From assembly GCA_904063045.1 (NCBI GenBank), contig CAJFCJ010000007.1, positions 3,045,404 to 3,109,403 on the forward strand: a stretch of 64,000 nt of DNA. The letters are read 5' to 3'. Within the stretch, counting starts at the first letter, position 1. Each line of letters opens with the position of its first letter. This document shows positions 62,959 to 64,000 of this stretch, in pieces. Origin of the DNA: Dimorphilus gyrociliatus. Its lineage: Eukaryota > Animalia > Annelida. Below the pieces are notes generated by a model. The model had not been told where the DNA came from, ran no database searches, and was given only the letters and a program-made list of their open reading frames with translations. The position numbers and the translations under genes are program-made.

Positions 62959-64000
62959 TTAACTGTTGCTAGTTTCTTTATGAGACACTTTCTGACCGAG
63001 TAAAACGTCCATTATGCGGTTAGCGGCTGTTGGGATAGGGGTTCCTGGGCCAAATACATCTACCACGCCAGCTTTGAACAATACTTCATAGTCTTGAGGT
63101 GGTATAACACCTCCAGCGACAACAAGAATATCTTCTCTTCCCATTTTCTTTAGTTCTTCAATAACTTCAGGTACAAGTGTCTTGTGGCCAGCGGCTAAAG
63201 ACGAAACGCCAACAATGTGAACATCTGCATCGACAGCTTGTTGAGCAGCCTCTTGTGGAGTTGAAAATAGAGGGCCAACATCAACGTCAAATCCCACATC
63301 GGCAAATCCAGTGGCAATTACTTTTCCACCGCGATCGTGCCCATCTTGACCAACTTTCGCCACGAGAATTCTAGGTCGACGGCCCTCTTGGCTAACAAAT
63401 TCATCGATTCTTTGGGAAATCTTTTCTAATTCACCTGCAGTTCCATATTCGGTTTTGTAAGCTCCACTAACCAGTCTATCAGTTGCGACGTGTCTTCCCC
63501 AAACCTTTTCCATAGCATCGGTTATTTCTCCAACTGTGCACCTAGCCCTACTAGCTTCGATACTCAAAGCTAACAAGTTCCCATCTCCACTTTCGCAACA
63601 TTTCGTTATGTTATCCAATGCATCACGGGCTCTAGTTGGGTCCCTGGATCTCTTCACTTGTTCAATTCGAGCCTTTTGTTGTTCTCTTACTTTAGTATTA
63701 TCAACTTCAAGGACATCGATAGTGTCCTCTTCTTGTAGTTTATATTTATTAACACCTACAATTGTTTCTTGACCACTATCAATACGAGCTTGACGCTTGG
63801 CAGCAGATTCCTCAATTCTCAATTTAGGCATTCCTGATGCAACCGCTTTAGCCATACCACCCATGTTTTCAATATCGTCGATTATTTTTTTAGCAGCGTC
63901 GTAAATCTCGTCGGTCAATTGCTCCATCATATATGAACCGGCCCATGGATCAGCTACTTTGGCAATTCCGCTCTCCTCTTGCAGGATAATCTGCGTATTT
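62959..64000 (-). CDS. MMUT: Methylmalonyl-CoA mutase, 3' part only (5' lies beyond the window); B12-binding domain
   Basis: [20 protein letters not shown]..., [29 protein letters not shown] (DxHxxG cobalamin motif), [19 protein letters not shown]. The frame is open to the window edge with no intron. Confidence 0.96.
   Translation of the reverse strand, partial: NTQIILQEESGIAKVADPWAGSYMMEQLTDEIYDAAKKIIDDIENMGGMAKAVASGMPKLRIEESAAKRQARIDSGQETIVGVNKYKLQEEDTIDVLEVDNTKVREQQKARIEQVKRSRDPTRARDALDNITKCCESGDGNLLALSIEASRARCTVGEITDAMEKVWGRHVATDRLVSGAYKTEYGTAGELEKISQRIDEFVSQEGRRPRILVAKVGQDGHDRGGKVIATGFADVGFDVDVGPLFSTPQEAAQQAVDADVHIVGVSSLAAGHKTLVPEVIEELKKMGREDILVVAGGVIPPQDYEVLFKAGVVDVFGPGTPIPTAANRIMDVLLGQKVSHKETSNS

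Noticed and set aside
10264-63772. Antisense or alternate-frame ORFs over real genes (e.g. 10264, 12305, 12324, 14920, 27299, 32988, 42860, 44267, 54828, 57716, 63177, 63536)
   Set aside because: These are shadows of the coding strand, with no domains or independent splice/start signals.
1-64000. CRISPR arrays, prokaryotic operons, rRNA/tRNA/snRNA genes, intact transposons, U12-type introns
   Set aside because: None were seen by eye: no regular repeat-spacer arrays, no transposase/RT motifs, no long TIR/LTR pairs and no GTATCCTT/ATATCCTT donors at exon ends. Infernal and RepeatModeler runs would be needed to exclude small elements.

Overview
Eukaryotic (animal) genomic DNA. It is very AT-rich and gene-dense, with about 20 protein-coding genes in 64 kb and mostly 50-90 nt GT-AG introns. 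This fits a compact lophotrochozoan genome; a miniaturised annelid such as Dimorphilus gyrociliatus is my unverified guess. The ORF track only catches exon fragments, so I assembled gene models by hand from splice sites and reading frame. In order, the genes are: DIPK1/FAM69-like (+), CNK/CNKSR (-), SNRPD2 (+), GDAP2 (+), scratch (-), an orphan CUB-TM protein (-), a SUEL-CUB-TM receptor (+), an intronless LRR-TM protein (-), ANO10 (+), a GNAT acetyltransferase (-), RPP25L/Alba (-), MED20 (+), ABCB1 (+), an ARHGAP12/27-type gene (+), BCL2 (-), C11orf68/DUF1917 (+), a SUEL-CUB-sushi-TM receptor (+), SLC16 (+), COX5B (-) and a partial MMUT (-). I saw no rRNA, tRNA, CRISPR array or intact transposon. 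The most interesting items are: (1) three orphan SUEL/CUB single-pass receptors, one with a perfect RFX X-box; (2) an LRR gene that appears to fill an ANO10 5'UTR intron antisense; (3) a BCL2 leader with stacked uORFs, one in frame and separated from the main ORF by a single UGA, only 155 bp from a divergent gene; (4) a degenerate triplicated element upstream of scratch; (5) strong enrichment of CTCF-like AGRTGGCG and TAGGCCTA words; (6) several microexon/cassette exon candidates. All calls are by eye; no database search was run.
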